A DNA stretch of 64,000 bases, from positions 1,216,001 through 1,280,000 of the forward strand of contig CBDBZU010000004.1 of the NCBI GenBank assembly GCA_965213625.1. Direction: 5' to 3'. The notes under the pieces were generated by a model, which worked only from the letters and a program-made list of their open reading frames with translations, was not told where the DNA came from and made no database searches. Position 1 is the first letter of the stretch. The number at the start of each line of letters is the position of its first letter. Positions 27,164-36,754 of this stretch are shown piece after piece. This stretch comes from a bacterium (GTDB lineage Bacteria; UBA8248). Both the position numbers and the translations under genes were made by a program.

Positions 27164-28350
27164 CAGGCTGCCCCGTTTTCTCCCGACACGAGCATCCTGA
27201 TCTTCGGGTAGGTATCAAGCGCATTTTTATAAAAGATGCTCTTGCGCAGTTCCGGGTCTATGTTGGGGAAGACGTACCGCGGATCGTCGAAGTCCCAATG
27301 CGGGTAATCCGATGAAAACTGAAGCGTGTCTTCCGCATAAATCATTTTCAGCATCTGTTCGTTGAATTCAGGCCTGGGCGGCTCCTCGACGGGCTGGCTC
27401 GTAAAGCGGACGTGCTTGCGAATGACTTCGCTGGGCGGCTCCTTGACCCAGGGAACTTCCAGCCGCAGGGATCTCCATTCCTTGTCCAGGCGCCACATGA
27501 GACCCGCGACCCATGCGTAACCCATTTCCTGGACGATGAATTTCAGGTTCGGGAAACGCTCGAACACCCCCTCGCATACCATGCTCGTCACGTGCATCCA
27601 CCCGATCTGGGGCAAGCCGCTGTGCAACTCGATGAAATAAGAGGGCATCCCTACGGCCAGCATCGGCGGATTGGCGCCGGCGGTTTCAGAGCCGCCGTGA
27701 ATCGCGACGGGCAGATTGTGGCGGGAGGCCGCCTCGTATATCGGCCACATGTATCGCTGGCCCAGGGGAATGTCCATCGGGCATATCTGCACGGAGACGA
27801 TATCCGGATGATCGGCCAGTCGATCGATTTCCTCCGCCGCAAGATTCGGGTCGCGGGGACTCACCCAGATGCATGCCTTGAAGCGGTGGTCGGTGGAAGC
27901 CCATTCGGTAAGAACAAAATCGTTGTAGGCTGAGGCGTAGGCGGCGCTCAGGTCCGCATCCGGAATTCCCGAGACGCCCGTGGCGTCCTGCCCGACGATG
28001 ATGGCGTAATTGATGTCGTGCTCGTCCAGAAGCTGAGTGGCGAGGAAATGGATGTCGGAGCCGATGGGCCCGCCATCGGGCGGCCTGGCGTCCACTCGCC
28101 CGGAACCCCCCGGATGAGGATGGAAGAATGCGCGCCGGGGTACGGCGAACGTGTTGCGGGGATTCGCCTCGTCTTTGACGAGAGCGCCCTTCATGCCGAG
28201 ACGGGCCTGCCACTTTTCGGGGAGGTAGGGTTTCAGGGATTGCACCCCCTTCGGCATCCGGGGATGTATGTCGCAATCGATGATGTTCAGCTTTTTTCCG
28301 GTTGAGGCGTCAATGACGTCCGTGGCTACGGCTTGATCGACTGGGTTCAT
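27163..28350 (-). CDS. amidohydrolase-2 family protein (possible dimetal monooxygenase subunit)
   Basis: IIDCDIH, LPVAIH, EGVFERFPNLK..QE, SQPVEEP, SSDYPHWDFD. Confidence 0.85.
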   Translation of the reverse strand: MNPVDQAVATDVIDASTGKKLNIIDCDIHPRMPKGVQSLKPYLPEKWQARLGMKGALVKDEANPRNTFAVPRRAFFHPHPGGSGRVDARPPDGGPIGSDIHFLATQLLDEHDINYAIIVGQDATGVSGIPDADLSAAYASAYNDFVLTEWASTDHRFKACIWVSPRDPNLAAEEIDRLADHPDIVSVQICPMDIPLGQRYMWPIYEAASRHNLPVAIHGGSETAGANPPMLAVGMPSYFIELHSGLPQIGWMHVTSMVCEGVFERFPNLKFIVQEMGYAWVAGLMWRLDKEWRSLRLEVPWVKEPPSEVIRKHVRFTSQPVEEPPRPEFNEQMLKMIYAEDTLQFSSDYPHWDFDDPRYVFPNIDPELRKSIFYKNALDTYPKIRMLVSGENGAA

Positions 28351-28663
28351 GAGGAGGCCTCCAACTCATAGGTGAGATTGGGGTTTCGCATGGCGCCTGC
28401 TATATGGCGTTCGATACGAAGTGATTCAAATCTTAAGTTCTATGGACCCTCCTGGCAAGATGTCCAGGATCGTTTCATGCGAGACACGAGCTGATTTACG
28501 CGTAGTTGACATACTCCTCCTGAGCGAGGGATAGTTGATACATCATCTGAAATTATTATGAAACGGATAGCGCAATTCCCCAGGACGAAGCGGATGGGAG
28601 GGAACGGCTTTGGGTATCGCTGTGCTTACTCGGTATGCCGCCCGAAGGCGGAGGAGATGAAGA

Positions 28664-29071
28664 ATGGAGCCTCGTGACCACGTAGCAAAGGCGCAAAGAA
28701 TCGAATCCTCCCTTCGGAAACTGGACCCCGGTAACGACCCCGAGATGATAATCGAGACGTGCATGCTCGCCGCCACGCACTATTTTAACGCGGCGCTCCA
28801 CGTGGAAGGCATAACGAACCAGTTGATGGACCACGCCCATACCTTCCGACCCACTTTGGATGGATACATCAAGAAGCCCAGCGCGAAGCTTCAGGCTGCG
28901 ATGGAACCGCTGAAATTCATCGAGCAGCTCCGCCCCAGACATTGCCGGGACAGTGAGCCGATCAGTGGAGCGGTCATGGACGAATGCCTACAAAGTCTGG
29001 AGGAGGCGAAATTCGGGTTTCTGGAAATCGTCGGAGGCGCGGCCCGGTCTGCGGTCTGGAGGGTGGTTTAA
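28664..29071 (+). CDS. hypothetical helical protein (paralog A)
   Basis: GGAGGAG RBS; shares H..KA.R, KLDP..D.E, NAALH..G, D.AHT, E.LR..H.R with next gene. Confidence 0.75.
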   Translation: MEPRDHVAKAQRIESSLRKLDPGNDPEMIIETCMLAATHYFNAALHVEGITNQLMDHAHTFRPTLDGYIKKPSAKLQAAMEPLKFIEQLRPRHCRDSEPISGAVMDECLQSLEEAKFGFLEIVGGAARSAVWRVV

Positions 29072-29093
29072 CCGGAAATTCTGGAGATGCGCT

Positions 29094-29498
29094 ATGAAAA
29101 TTGAAGAGCACATGGCCAAAGCCGACCGGTTTGCGCAATCGGTGAAAAAACTCGACCCCGAACAGGATTTCGAGGCGGTGATGTGGGCCCGCATGCACAT
29201 CTGTTCGAACTGGATGAATGCCGCCCTCCATGCGAAAGGGGTTCTTCCCGAAACTGATGATGTCGCCCATACCTGGTATCTTTTTGAGTACGGGGACCAT
29301 GATTACCTGGAGGCAAATATAGACGAGGAGACTCGGTGCGCCCTGACCGAATTGGCCGTATTCGAGAGCCTCAGAACAACCCACGTGCGTGGACCCGGCA
29401 CTTACGGCTCCGAGGTATGCAGACTTTCCGAAAGAGCCTACAACCACCTCAAGGAATTTACGGAGAAAGCGATTGCCGCAATAAGTCCGAGCGCTTAG
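29094..29498 (+). CDS. hypothetical helical protein (paralog B)
   Basis: Start MKIEEH chosen by alignment to paralog A; GGAG RBS. Confidence 0.75.
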   Translation: MKIEEHMAKADRFAQSVKKLDPEQDFEAVMWARMHICSNWMNAALHAKGVLPETDDVAHTWYLFEYGDHDYLEANIDEETRCALTELAVFESLRTTHVRGPGTYGSEVCRLSERAYNHLKEFTEKAIAAISPSA

Positions 29499-29575
29499 GC
29501 AAGGCTCGAAGCGTTGGTTACGATCGTCTCATTCAAGGATGTAAATCATCCGCTCTGATGAGGGAGGGTAATTTG

Positions 29576-30580
29576 ATGCTCAATAAGACTTGTCGCCAGC
29601 ATTCAGCAATGGTTGTCGCCTGCGTCGTTATGTTTATCTTTGTGCTGGTCGCTCCCCCAAAAGTCGAAGCTGCCAAAAAAGCGGTCAAACTGGGGGCGGC
29701 CACCGTCGCCAGCACACTCTATGTGATGGCGGGCGCTCTTGCGGACGTCTTCAATCGCAAGAACAAGGACTATTCCCTGAACGTCACCTTGGGAGGCGGT
29801 AAATCCAACCCCCAGCTGGTGGGGGTGGGCAAGTCCGACATTGCCTACAGCTACACGTACTACGTGGGAAACGCCATCGCAGGGAAAAAGCCATACAAAA
29901 AAAAGCATCCGAACCTCAGGGCCATGGTATGGCTCTACACGTCTGCCGTACATTTCATGGCGGCGCCGGAGTTGGCCGGTAAAGGAATCAAATCGTTCGA
30001 GGATTTCGTACAAAAGAAGCCCAAGGCCGGGATAACAATCGGAAAGAAAGGGACGGGAACCTACAACATTGCAACCTATCTTCTGAAGGAGTACGGAACT
30101 TCGACCGCGGCGCTGAAAAAAGCCGGAGTGTCAGTCCGACTCGGCGGAGGCCGCGCCATGATGCGCTTCTATCAGGACAAGCACGTGGATTTCGTTTTGT
30201 TTCACACCGGCCCCGGAAACGGGTTGATCAAACAAGCGGCTTTGCGCCGCTCCATCAATTTCACCGGAGTCACGCCGGGCATGCGCCAGAGGCTGGAAAA
30301 ATTCGGTTTGGTGGAATCGATTGTGGACGCGAATACTTACCCCGGTCAAAAGAAGCCCCTCGACACCTATGGACTCCGGACGATTATTTTCACGAGAAAG
30401 GATCAATCGCCCGACCTGATCTATAAGGTGACCAAAACCGTATTTGAAAATAAGGATTATCTGAAGGGCGCCCACAGACTATACGGCTTCCTGGAGCCCA
30501 AGCGTTCCGTGAAGAACATGAAAGGCGTTCCCATGCACCCGGGCGCAGCACGTTATTACAAGGAAGTGGGAGCGATGTAA
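29576..30580 (+). CDS. TAXI family TRAP transporter solute-binding subunit
   Basis: Signal peptide; GGGKSNP, NLRAM, ANTYPGQ, VPMHPGAARYYKEVG. Confidence 0.9.
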   Translation: MLNKTCRQHSAMVVACVVMFIFVLVAPPKVEAAKKAVKLGAATVASTLYVMAGALADVFNRKNKDYSLNVTLGGGKSNPQLVGVGKSDIAYSYTYYVGNAIAGKKPYKKKHPNLRAMVWLYTSAVHFMAAPELAGKGIKSFEDFVQKKPKAGITIGKKGTGTYNIATYLLKEYGTSTAALKKAGVSVRLGGGRAMMRFYQDKHVDFVLFHTGPGNGLIKQAALRRSINFTGVTPGMRQRLEKFGLVESIVDANTYPGQKKPLDTYGLRTIIFTRKDQSPDLIYKVTKTVFENKDYLKGAHRLYGFLEPKRSVKNMKGVPMHPGAARYYKEVGAM

Positions 30581-30618
30581 CCTGAGAAGTCACGGGTTCA
30601 TGACGCTAAAGGAATGAC

Positions 30619-30659
30619 CGGGCGCCAGGAGTTCATCAATTTTCTTGGCGCCCGTTTTT
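30619..30659 (+). terminator. stem-loop plus U-tract between TAXI binding protein and permease
   Basis: CGGGCGCCAGGA..TCTTGGCGCCCG followed by TTTTT. Confidence 0.6.
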
Positions 30660-30683
30660 AAATAATTCCGGAAGGCGCTCTTC

Positions 30684-32678
30684 ATGGTTGGTCAAGACGC
30701 AAATTTTCCTCCCAGGGGGTTCATCGGCTATCTTGTCATGCTGATTGCGATCGGCATGTCCCTCACTGAGGTTTATCTTGCCGTTACCGGCGGGATGGAC
30801 GCGATTTTCGAGCGGCCGATGTTTTATATGGCCGCCGCCGCCATCATCTTTCTCACTCCCTCGTCAACAAAAGCCGGGGTCTTGTCGCCAAAGTGGCGCA
30901 AGGCGAACACCGCCTTTCTCGGCGTCGTCGCGGTAGTTTCCGTAGCGTGGCTGCTCTGGGAGTTTGACAGGCTCCTCGAACGCACCCGCTACATTGATGA
31001 CGTCCTGTCCCTGGATATTTTCTTTGGAGTCGTCTGCATCGTTTTGGTTCTCGAAGCCACGCGCCGGGCAATCAATCTGACCTTGCCCCTGATTGCGCTT
31101 TTCTTTCTTGCATACACCTACTTCGGTCTTTGGATGCCGTGGGAATTCAAGCACGGCGGCATCGGGTTTCTGGACATCATCGATCATTTCTACATGACCG
31201 ACGGGGGCCTATGGTCTGCCCCGATGTATGTTTTCGTCAATTACATGTTCCTGTTCATCCTGTTCGGGGCCGTGCTCGATGCTTCGGGTGCCGGAAAAAT
31301 ATACATCGACTTCGCGTTCCTGCTGACCGGCCGGATGCGGGGCGGGCCCGCCAAGGCGGCCGTGGTGGCCAGCGCCCTCTCGGGAACCATATCGGGAAGC
31401 GCCACCGCCAACATCGTCACCACGGGCACCTTCACCATCCCCTTGATGAAAAAGATGGGGTATCGTCCTCACGTCGCGGGAGCTGTCGAGACCGCGGCTT
31501 CCACCGGAGGCCAGATCATGCCTCCCATCATGGGAACGGCGGCTTTTTTGCTGGCCGAATTCACCGGAACCTCTTATTTCACCATCATCAAGATTTCGGT
31601 TATTCCCGCATTACTCTATTTCATGTCCGTCTTTGTGTTCGTGCATTTGGAGGCGGCGAAAAACGACATCCGCGGCCTGCGTTGGGAGGATCTTCCCGAC
31701 GTTTTCAATACGCTCGGCCGTGCGTTTATTTTTCTCATCCCGCCGGCCGTTTTGATTTATTTCATGGTAGCCGGTAGGTCGGTGCAATATGCGGGCGTAT
31801 CCGGAATCATCGCCACGATTATTTCTATGGCGTTGCTTGGAATGATCGATTATCTCTATCAAGGATTGCGGAAACGCAGTTTTTCCGCAGGGCTTGCCCT
31901 CGATTATTTGCGAAGCGGTTCGAGCAAACTCATCCGGGCGCTGGTTCGAGGGGCGCAGCAGTGCGCTCCGATAGCCGCCGCCTGTGCGACTGCGGGCATC
32001 ATCATCGGGGCCACGACGATTACGGGATTGGGGCTCAAGTTCTCTTCAATCGTCGTTTCAGCCTCGGGGGGGAGTCTCTTCCTCGGGATCATTCTGGTCG
32101 GGGTGGCCTCCTTCGTTCTGGGAATGGGACTACCGAGCAGTTCCGCTTACATCGTTCTGGCGGCCATGGCCGCCCCCGCTCTCATCGAGCTTGGCGGTAT
32201 GAGCGCCGTCACCGCCCATATGATCATCTTCTGGTTCAGCCTGGATAGTTGTTACACGCCTCCTGTTTGCATCCCTGCATATACTGCCGCCGCCATCGCC
32301 GAAGCGGATCCGATGAAGACAGGCTGGACTTCCTTCAGAGCGGCGAAGGGCCTCTATGTGATCCCGTTTCTTTTTGCCTATTCCCCCGCCATTTTATTGA
32401 ACGGCAGTGTGGCTGAAATCATACTGGTTTCTCTGACAACCGGAATTGCGCTCGTCGCTGGAATGGCCGGCCTGAGTGGATATCTCCTCGGGAGAACGAC
32501 CTGGGTCGAGAGAGGAGGCCTACTTCTGGGAGGATTCATGATGCTTTGGCCCACGCTTACATCCAAAAGCGCAGGATTCGTCTTGTTGACGATCCTCGTC
32601 ATTTTCCAGGTCACGCGCCACGGTGCGTGGTTTTTGCGGGCGCACACGGCAGAGGAAAGTCTCCCGAAAAGTGGTTGA
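30684..32678 (+). CDS. TRAP transporter fused 4TM/12TM permease
   Basis: GGPAKAAVVAS, SGSATAN, ASTGGQIMPPIMG, LGMGLP, TPPVC. Confidence 0.95.
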   Translation: MVGQDANFPPRGFIGYLVMLIAIGMSLTEVYLAVTGGMDAIFERPMFYMAAAAIIFLTPSSTKAGVLSPKWRKANTAFLGVVAVVSVAWLLWEFDRLLERTRYIDDVLSLDIFFGVVCIVLVLEATRRAINLTLPLIALFFLAYTYFGLWMPWEFKHGGIGFLDIIDHFYMTDGGLWSAPMYVFVNYMFLFILFGAVLDASGAGKIYIDFAFLLTGRMRGGPAKAAVVASALSGTISGSATANIVTTGTFTIPLMKKMGYRPHVAGAVETAASTGGQIMPPIMGTAAFLLAEFTGTSYFTIIKISVIPALLYFMSVFVFVHLEAAKNDIRGLRWEDLPDVFNTLGRAFIFLIPPAVLIYFMVAGRSVQYAGVSGIIATIISMALLGMIDYLYQGLRKRSFSAGLALDYLRSGSSKLIRALVRGAQQCAPIAAACATAGIIIGATTITGLGLKFSSIVVSASGGSLFLGIILVGVASFVLGMGLPSSSAYIVLAAMAAPALIELGGMSAVTAHMIIFWFSLDSCYTPPVCIPAYTAAAIAEADPMKTGWTSFRAAKGLYVIPFLFAYSPAILLNGSVAEIILVSLTTGIALVAGMAGLSGYLLGRTTWVERGGLLLGGFMMLWPTLTSKSAGFVLLTILVIFQVTRHGAWFLRAHTAEESLPKSG

Positions 32679-32839
32679 TGCAAAAGATTCATGAGGATTT
32701 AGCGTTTCCATCTTCTGAGCGAACGATAAAGAGGAGAAGATGAAAACGTTTCGAACCGGATCTTGCTTTGGAATTTGTGTATTTTTTCTTATGCATCCGC
32801 CAGAATGACGAAAACCCAGGCATCGTTTCTTCATTGAAT

Positions 32840-32867
32840 GTAGGGACAGGTCGCGACCTGTCCCTAC
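32840..32867. repeat. GTAG-type REP, perfect palindrome
   Basis: GTAGGGACAGGTCGCGACCTGTCCCTAC. Confidence 0.8.
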
Positions 32868-32966
32868 AGGCTTTGCCACTGACATAAAACTTGAACCAAG
32901 CCCGAAACGCGGTTAATCTGTTTCCGACTCGACAATCAGGCGCATTCGTACCGTAGGGAGACGTGT

Positions 32967-34442
32967 ATGAATTCGGGAGCGGAGCCGCTCGCCTCGGCGC
33001 AGGGCGAGGGGCCTTTTTCGGGATACGATCTCGATTCGCGATTTTACGACGAGATGTTCGACGCAAAGGGCGCGCCGCGCGAGGCGAGCGCGCGGCTGAA
33101 TACCGCGCTCGCCGAACTCACGCCTGGGGATCTCGAAAAACTCCAGGAGGGCGTCTACCGCCGCTTTCTCTACGAGGGCATCACCTTCACGGTGCTCGAC
33201 GCCGAGGAAGCCACCGAACGCATCATCCCCATCGACTGCGTGCCGCGCCTGCTCACGGCGGCGGAGTGGGACCACGTCGAACGCGGCTTGAAGCAGCGCC
33301 TGATGGCGCTCAACATGTTCCTGAAAGACGTCTACCACGAGGGCCGGTGCCTGCGCGACGGGGTCGTGCCCGTCGACGTCGTGCTCGGCTGTCCGCAATA
33401 CCGCATGGAGATGCGCGGGCTGAAAGTGCCCCACGACGTCTACGTCGCCGTGTGCGGGACCGACATCGTCCGCACCCACGAGGGGTTCGCCGTCCTGGAG
33501 GACAACCTGCGCGTCCCCTCGGGCGTCTCCTACATGCTTGCCTGCCGGGGCGCCATCAAGGACGTGCTCCCAAGGCTCTACCGCGAGCACCGGGTGCGCG
33601 AGGTGGCCGATTACGCCGAGCATCTCTATTCCACGCTCGTCTCTCTGGGCCACTCGCCGAGGGAGCCGAACGTGGCCGTGCTTACGCCCGGCATGTATAA
33701 CTCCGCATATTACGAGCACGCCTTTCTCGCCGGCGAGATGGGCGTCGACCTGGTCGAGGGCCAGGACTTGCTTGTGCGCGACGCGGCCCTTTACGCGCGC
33801 ACGACGTCGGGTCTTCACCGCATCGACGTGCTCTACCGCCGCGTGGACGATGATTTTCTCGACCCGCTGACGTTCCGGGGCGATTCGTTCCTGGGCGCGG
33901 CGGGGCTGTTCCACGCCTATCGCGCGGGGAACTTGGTGCTCGCCAACGCGCCCGGCACCGGCGTGGCGGACGACAAGAGCGTCTACGCCTACGTTCCTGC
34001 GATCATCCGCTATTTCCTCGGTGAGGAGCCGATACTCGCCAACGTCGAGACGCACCTTTGCCGCGAACCCGAGGGGCTGGCCTACACGCTGGAGCATCTG
34101 GGCGAACTGGTGGTGAAAGAAGTAGGCGGCTCGGGCGGCTACGGGATGCTGGTCGGCCCTCATTCTTCGGCGGCCGAGCGCGCGGAATTCGCCGAGCGGC
34201 TGCGTGAGGATCCGGCGAACTTCATCGCGCAGCCCACGCTCGCGCTCTCGCGCTCGCCTTGTTTTGTCGAGGGGGGCATCGAGCCGCGCCATGTGGATAT
34301 TCGCCCCTTCGTGCTCCAGGGGCGCGAGGAGCAGCACGTGGTTCCGGGCGGGCTGTGCCGCGTCGCGCTCAGGCGCGGCAGCCTCGTCGTGAACTCGAGC
34401 CAGGGCGGGGGCTGCAAGGACATCTGGGTGCTGGAGTCGTAG
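32967..34442 (+). CDS. circularly permuted type 2 ATP-grasp protein
   Basis: YDEM, LEDNLRVPSGVSY, YRRVDDDFLDPL, GVADDK, VVNSSQGGGCKDIWV. Confidence 0.95.
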   Translation: MNSGAEPLASAQGEGPFSGYDLDSRFYDEMFDAKGAPREASARLNTALAELTPGDLEKLQEGVYRRFLYEGITFTVLDAEEATERIIPIDCVPRLLTAAEWDHVERGLKQRLMALNMFLKDVYHEGRCLRDGVVPVDVVLGCPQYRMEMRGLKVPHDVYVAVCGTDIVRTHEGFAVLEDNLRVPSGVSYMLACRGAIKDVLPRLYREHRVREVADYAEHLYSTLVSLGHSPREPNVAVLTPGMYNSAYYEHAFLAGEMGVDLVEGQDLLVRDAALYARTTSGLHRIDVLYRRVDDDFLDPLTFRGDSFLGAAGLFHAYRAGNLVLANAPGTGVADDKSVYAYVPAIIRYFLGEEPILANVETHLCREPEGLAYTLEHLGELVVKEVGGSGGYGMLVGPHSSAAERAEFAERLREDPANFIAQPTLALSRSPCFVEGGIEPRHVDIRPFVLQGREEQHVVPGGLCRVALRRGSLVVNSSQGGGCKDIWVLES

Positions 34443-34811
34443 GGGTCGATTCTGACTGATGAAGGAGGTTGATTCCGACCGGGGAGGGAGAAATCGTCCC
34501 GTGGCCTCCCCCGCATGTTATTTTGATTGTCAATCCGGGTGTAGGTTGGACATATCTGCGACCCCTACGGTCGAACGGCTCGGTTGACCCGCGATGCCGT
34601 TATTCAGGCATACTCCGGAATGGCGTCCAAAACGGAAAACGGTAATCCACGGTTCAATCCCTGCCCGTTCGGCCGGGATTGACCGCTACGGAAAAAATCT
34701 GGTTTCGGCAAAGGCGGTTGTTATAAAATGAGGTCGGGGCCCCCGCGGCCTCACGCCGCTTCTCATGTGTTCTCCCCTGCGGGAATCACTGGATGATGAA
34801 GGAGAGAGATC

Positions 34812-35786
34812 ATGCTGGCACGCGTCGCCGCAGATTTCTACTGGATGGGCCGCTACGTCGAGCGCGTCGAGCAGACCGCGCGTCTTCTCGAATACCAGCT
34901 CAACCGCCTCGTCGATCGCCCCGCCGATGAACTGGCCGTCGGTTGGGCGGCGATATACCGGGCGCTGGGCCAGCCCCCGCCCGGCGCGGCGTCGGGCGCC
35001 GAGGAGGCCGAGGCGTACCTCATTCCCGACGCCTACACCCTGGCGGGCAGCCTCGTGGAGGAGGGCGCGCACCCCGATTCCATACTCTCGTGCTGGCGCC
35101 TGGCGCGCGAGAACGCCCAGCGCGTGCGTGCGCAGCTTCCGCTTGCGATTTGGACGCGCCTGAACCAGGGCTATCTCTGGATGCGCGAGGTGAATTTCGC
35201 CAGGGAGTGGGAGCAGGCGCCTGCGCGGCTCGCGCTCGATATCATCGACCGCATGCGGCTGTTCGCCGGCGTGGTGCACTCGACGATGCCGCGCGACGAC
35301 GCCTGGCGCTTTCTGGAACTGGGCCGATTCATCGAGCGGGCGCAGCACCAGGCCGCGCTCTTGGGGGCTTGGGTCGAATTCGCGCATCCGAGAGGGGGCG
35401 TCGCCGCGCTTTCGTGGGCGGATTTGCTTCATATATGCCGCGCGTATGAAATCTATTGCCGCCGCCACTCGATGAAGATTCTCGAGGAAGAAGTGCTCGG
35501 CTTCCTCACGCGCAACCCCGAGCTTCCCCGCTCGCTCCGTTTCTCGCTGCAGCGCATCGAGGAGATGCTCACCGGCATCGACCCGCTGGGCGCGCGCTAT
35601 CCGCTCGAGCCGCCGCACCGGATGGCGCTTCGGCTCACGGCGGCCATCGAAATGGATACGGCGGATTCCGGCGAGGTGGATGCGGGCGCGTTCTTCCGCG
35701 CGATAGGGGGCGACGTCCGCGAACTCCACGAAATGGCGATGGCGGCTTACGTCCACCGCTCACTGGCCGAGGAGATACCGGCGTGA
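34812..35786 (+). CDS. alpha-E domain protein (DUF403)
   Basis: MLARVA..YWMGRYVER, ARENA, LGRFIERA, PRSL. Confidence 0.92.
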   Translation: MLARVAADFYWMGRYVERVEQTARLLEYQLNRLVDRPADELAVGWAAIYRALGQPPPGAASGAEEAEAYLIPDAYTLAGSLVEEGAHPDSILSCWRLARENAQRVRAQLPLAIWTRLNQGYLWMREVNFAREWEQAPARLALDIIDRMRLFAGVVHSTMPRDDAWRFLELGRFIERAQHQAALLGAWVEFAHPRGGVAALSWADLLHICRAYEIYCRRHSMKILEEEVLGFLTRNPELPRSLRFSLQRIEEMLTGIDPLGARYPLEPPHRMALRLTAAIEMDTADSGEVDAGAFFRAIGGDVRELHEMAMAAYVHRSLAEEIPA

Positions 35787-36646
35787 TAGTGAGCTACACG
35801 GTCGAGCACGCCATGCGCTTCGATTACGAGACGCCCGTACAGGCCTCGGTGATGACGCTTTTCCTGTCCCCCCTCCGGGAACGCGCCCAGACCGTACATG
35901 AGTTCTCGCTGCGCACCGACCCCGAAGGCCGTCTCTTCGAGTTCACCGACCCGTTCGGCAACACCGGACATTTTCTGGATCGCCCCCGTCCGCATGCGCG
36001 CTTCGAGGTGCGCTCGCGCTCGCGCGTGGAGGTGGGGCCGCTGGGAACAGCCCCCGAGAGGCTCGAACCCGGCGCGTCGGAGGCGCTTCGCGACGCGGTC
36101 CGCACGCCGGAACTCTGGCCGCTGACGCACCCGAGCCTTTTCGCTCGCCCGAGTCCCGCGCTCGAGAAGTTCGTGGCGGCGCACGGCATCGCTCCGGGGG
36201 ACGACCTCCTCGTGAGCGCGCGCGAGCTTTGCGCCAAACTCCACGACGTTTTCGAGTACATTCCGGGCCACACCCAGGTGGATTCCCCCATTGAGGACAT
36301 TATCGAGACCGGGCGGGGCGTCTGCCAGGACTACGCCCACGTGATGGCCACCATCGTGCGCGGCTGGGGGGTTCCGTGCCGCTACGTGTCGGGCTATCTC
36401 GGGCCCGAAGCCGAAGGCGCCGCCACGGGTGAGAGCCACGCCTGGGTGGAGTGCTGGTTTCCGGGCGTGGGGTGGACGGGCTTCGACCCGACGAACAACA
36501 TCGAGGGAGACGAGCGCCACATCCGCGTGGCGGTGGGCCGCGATTATGCGGACGTGCCCCCGAGCCGGGGCGTGTTCCGCGGAAACGGCGGCTCGGAGCT
36601 CACCTCCGAGGTGAAGATAGAGCGCCATACGGAAATTGCGGCTTGA
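35783..36646 (+). CDS. bacterial transglutaminase-like protein
   Basis: GVCQDYAH, RYVSGYL, SHAWVE, FDPTN, GRDYADVPP; GTG overlaps alpha-E stop. Confidence 0.93.
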   Translation: MIVSYTVEHAMRFDYETPVQASVMTLFLSPLRERAQTVHEFSLRTDPEGRLFEFTDPFGNTGHFLDRPRPHARFEVRSRSRVEVGPLGTAPERLEPGASEALRDAVRTPELWPLTHPSLFARPSPALEKFVAAHGIAPGDDLLVSARELCAKLHDVFEYIPGHTQVDSPIEDIIETGRGVCQDYAHVMATIVRGWGVPCRYVSGYLGPEAEGAATGESHAWVECWFPGVGWTGFDPTNNIEGDERHIRVAVGRDYADVPPSRGVFRGNGGSELTSEVKIERHTEIAA

Positions 36647-36754
36647 AATCGTTGCGCTTGGGACGGCTCTTGACGCGCTCAGACCACCGGGCTATGGAGT
36701 CGTTCATCACGAGGATCTGCACGAATCATCCAACATCGAGCAGGAGAGGACGAA

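Noticed and set aside
32913-34337. Long antisense ORFs (also 40692-42143, 46910-48355, 51312-52739, 53176-54468, 56165-57526)
   Set aside because: Mirror frames of well-supported genes, expected in high-GC DNA, with no protein motifs
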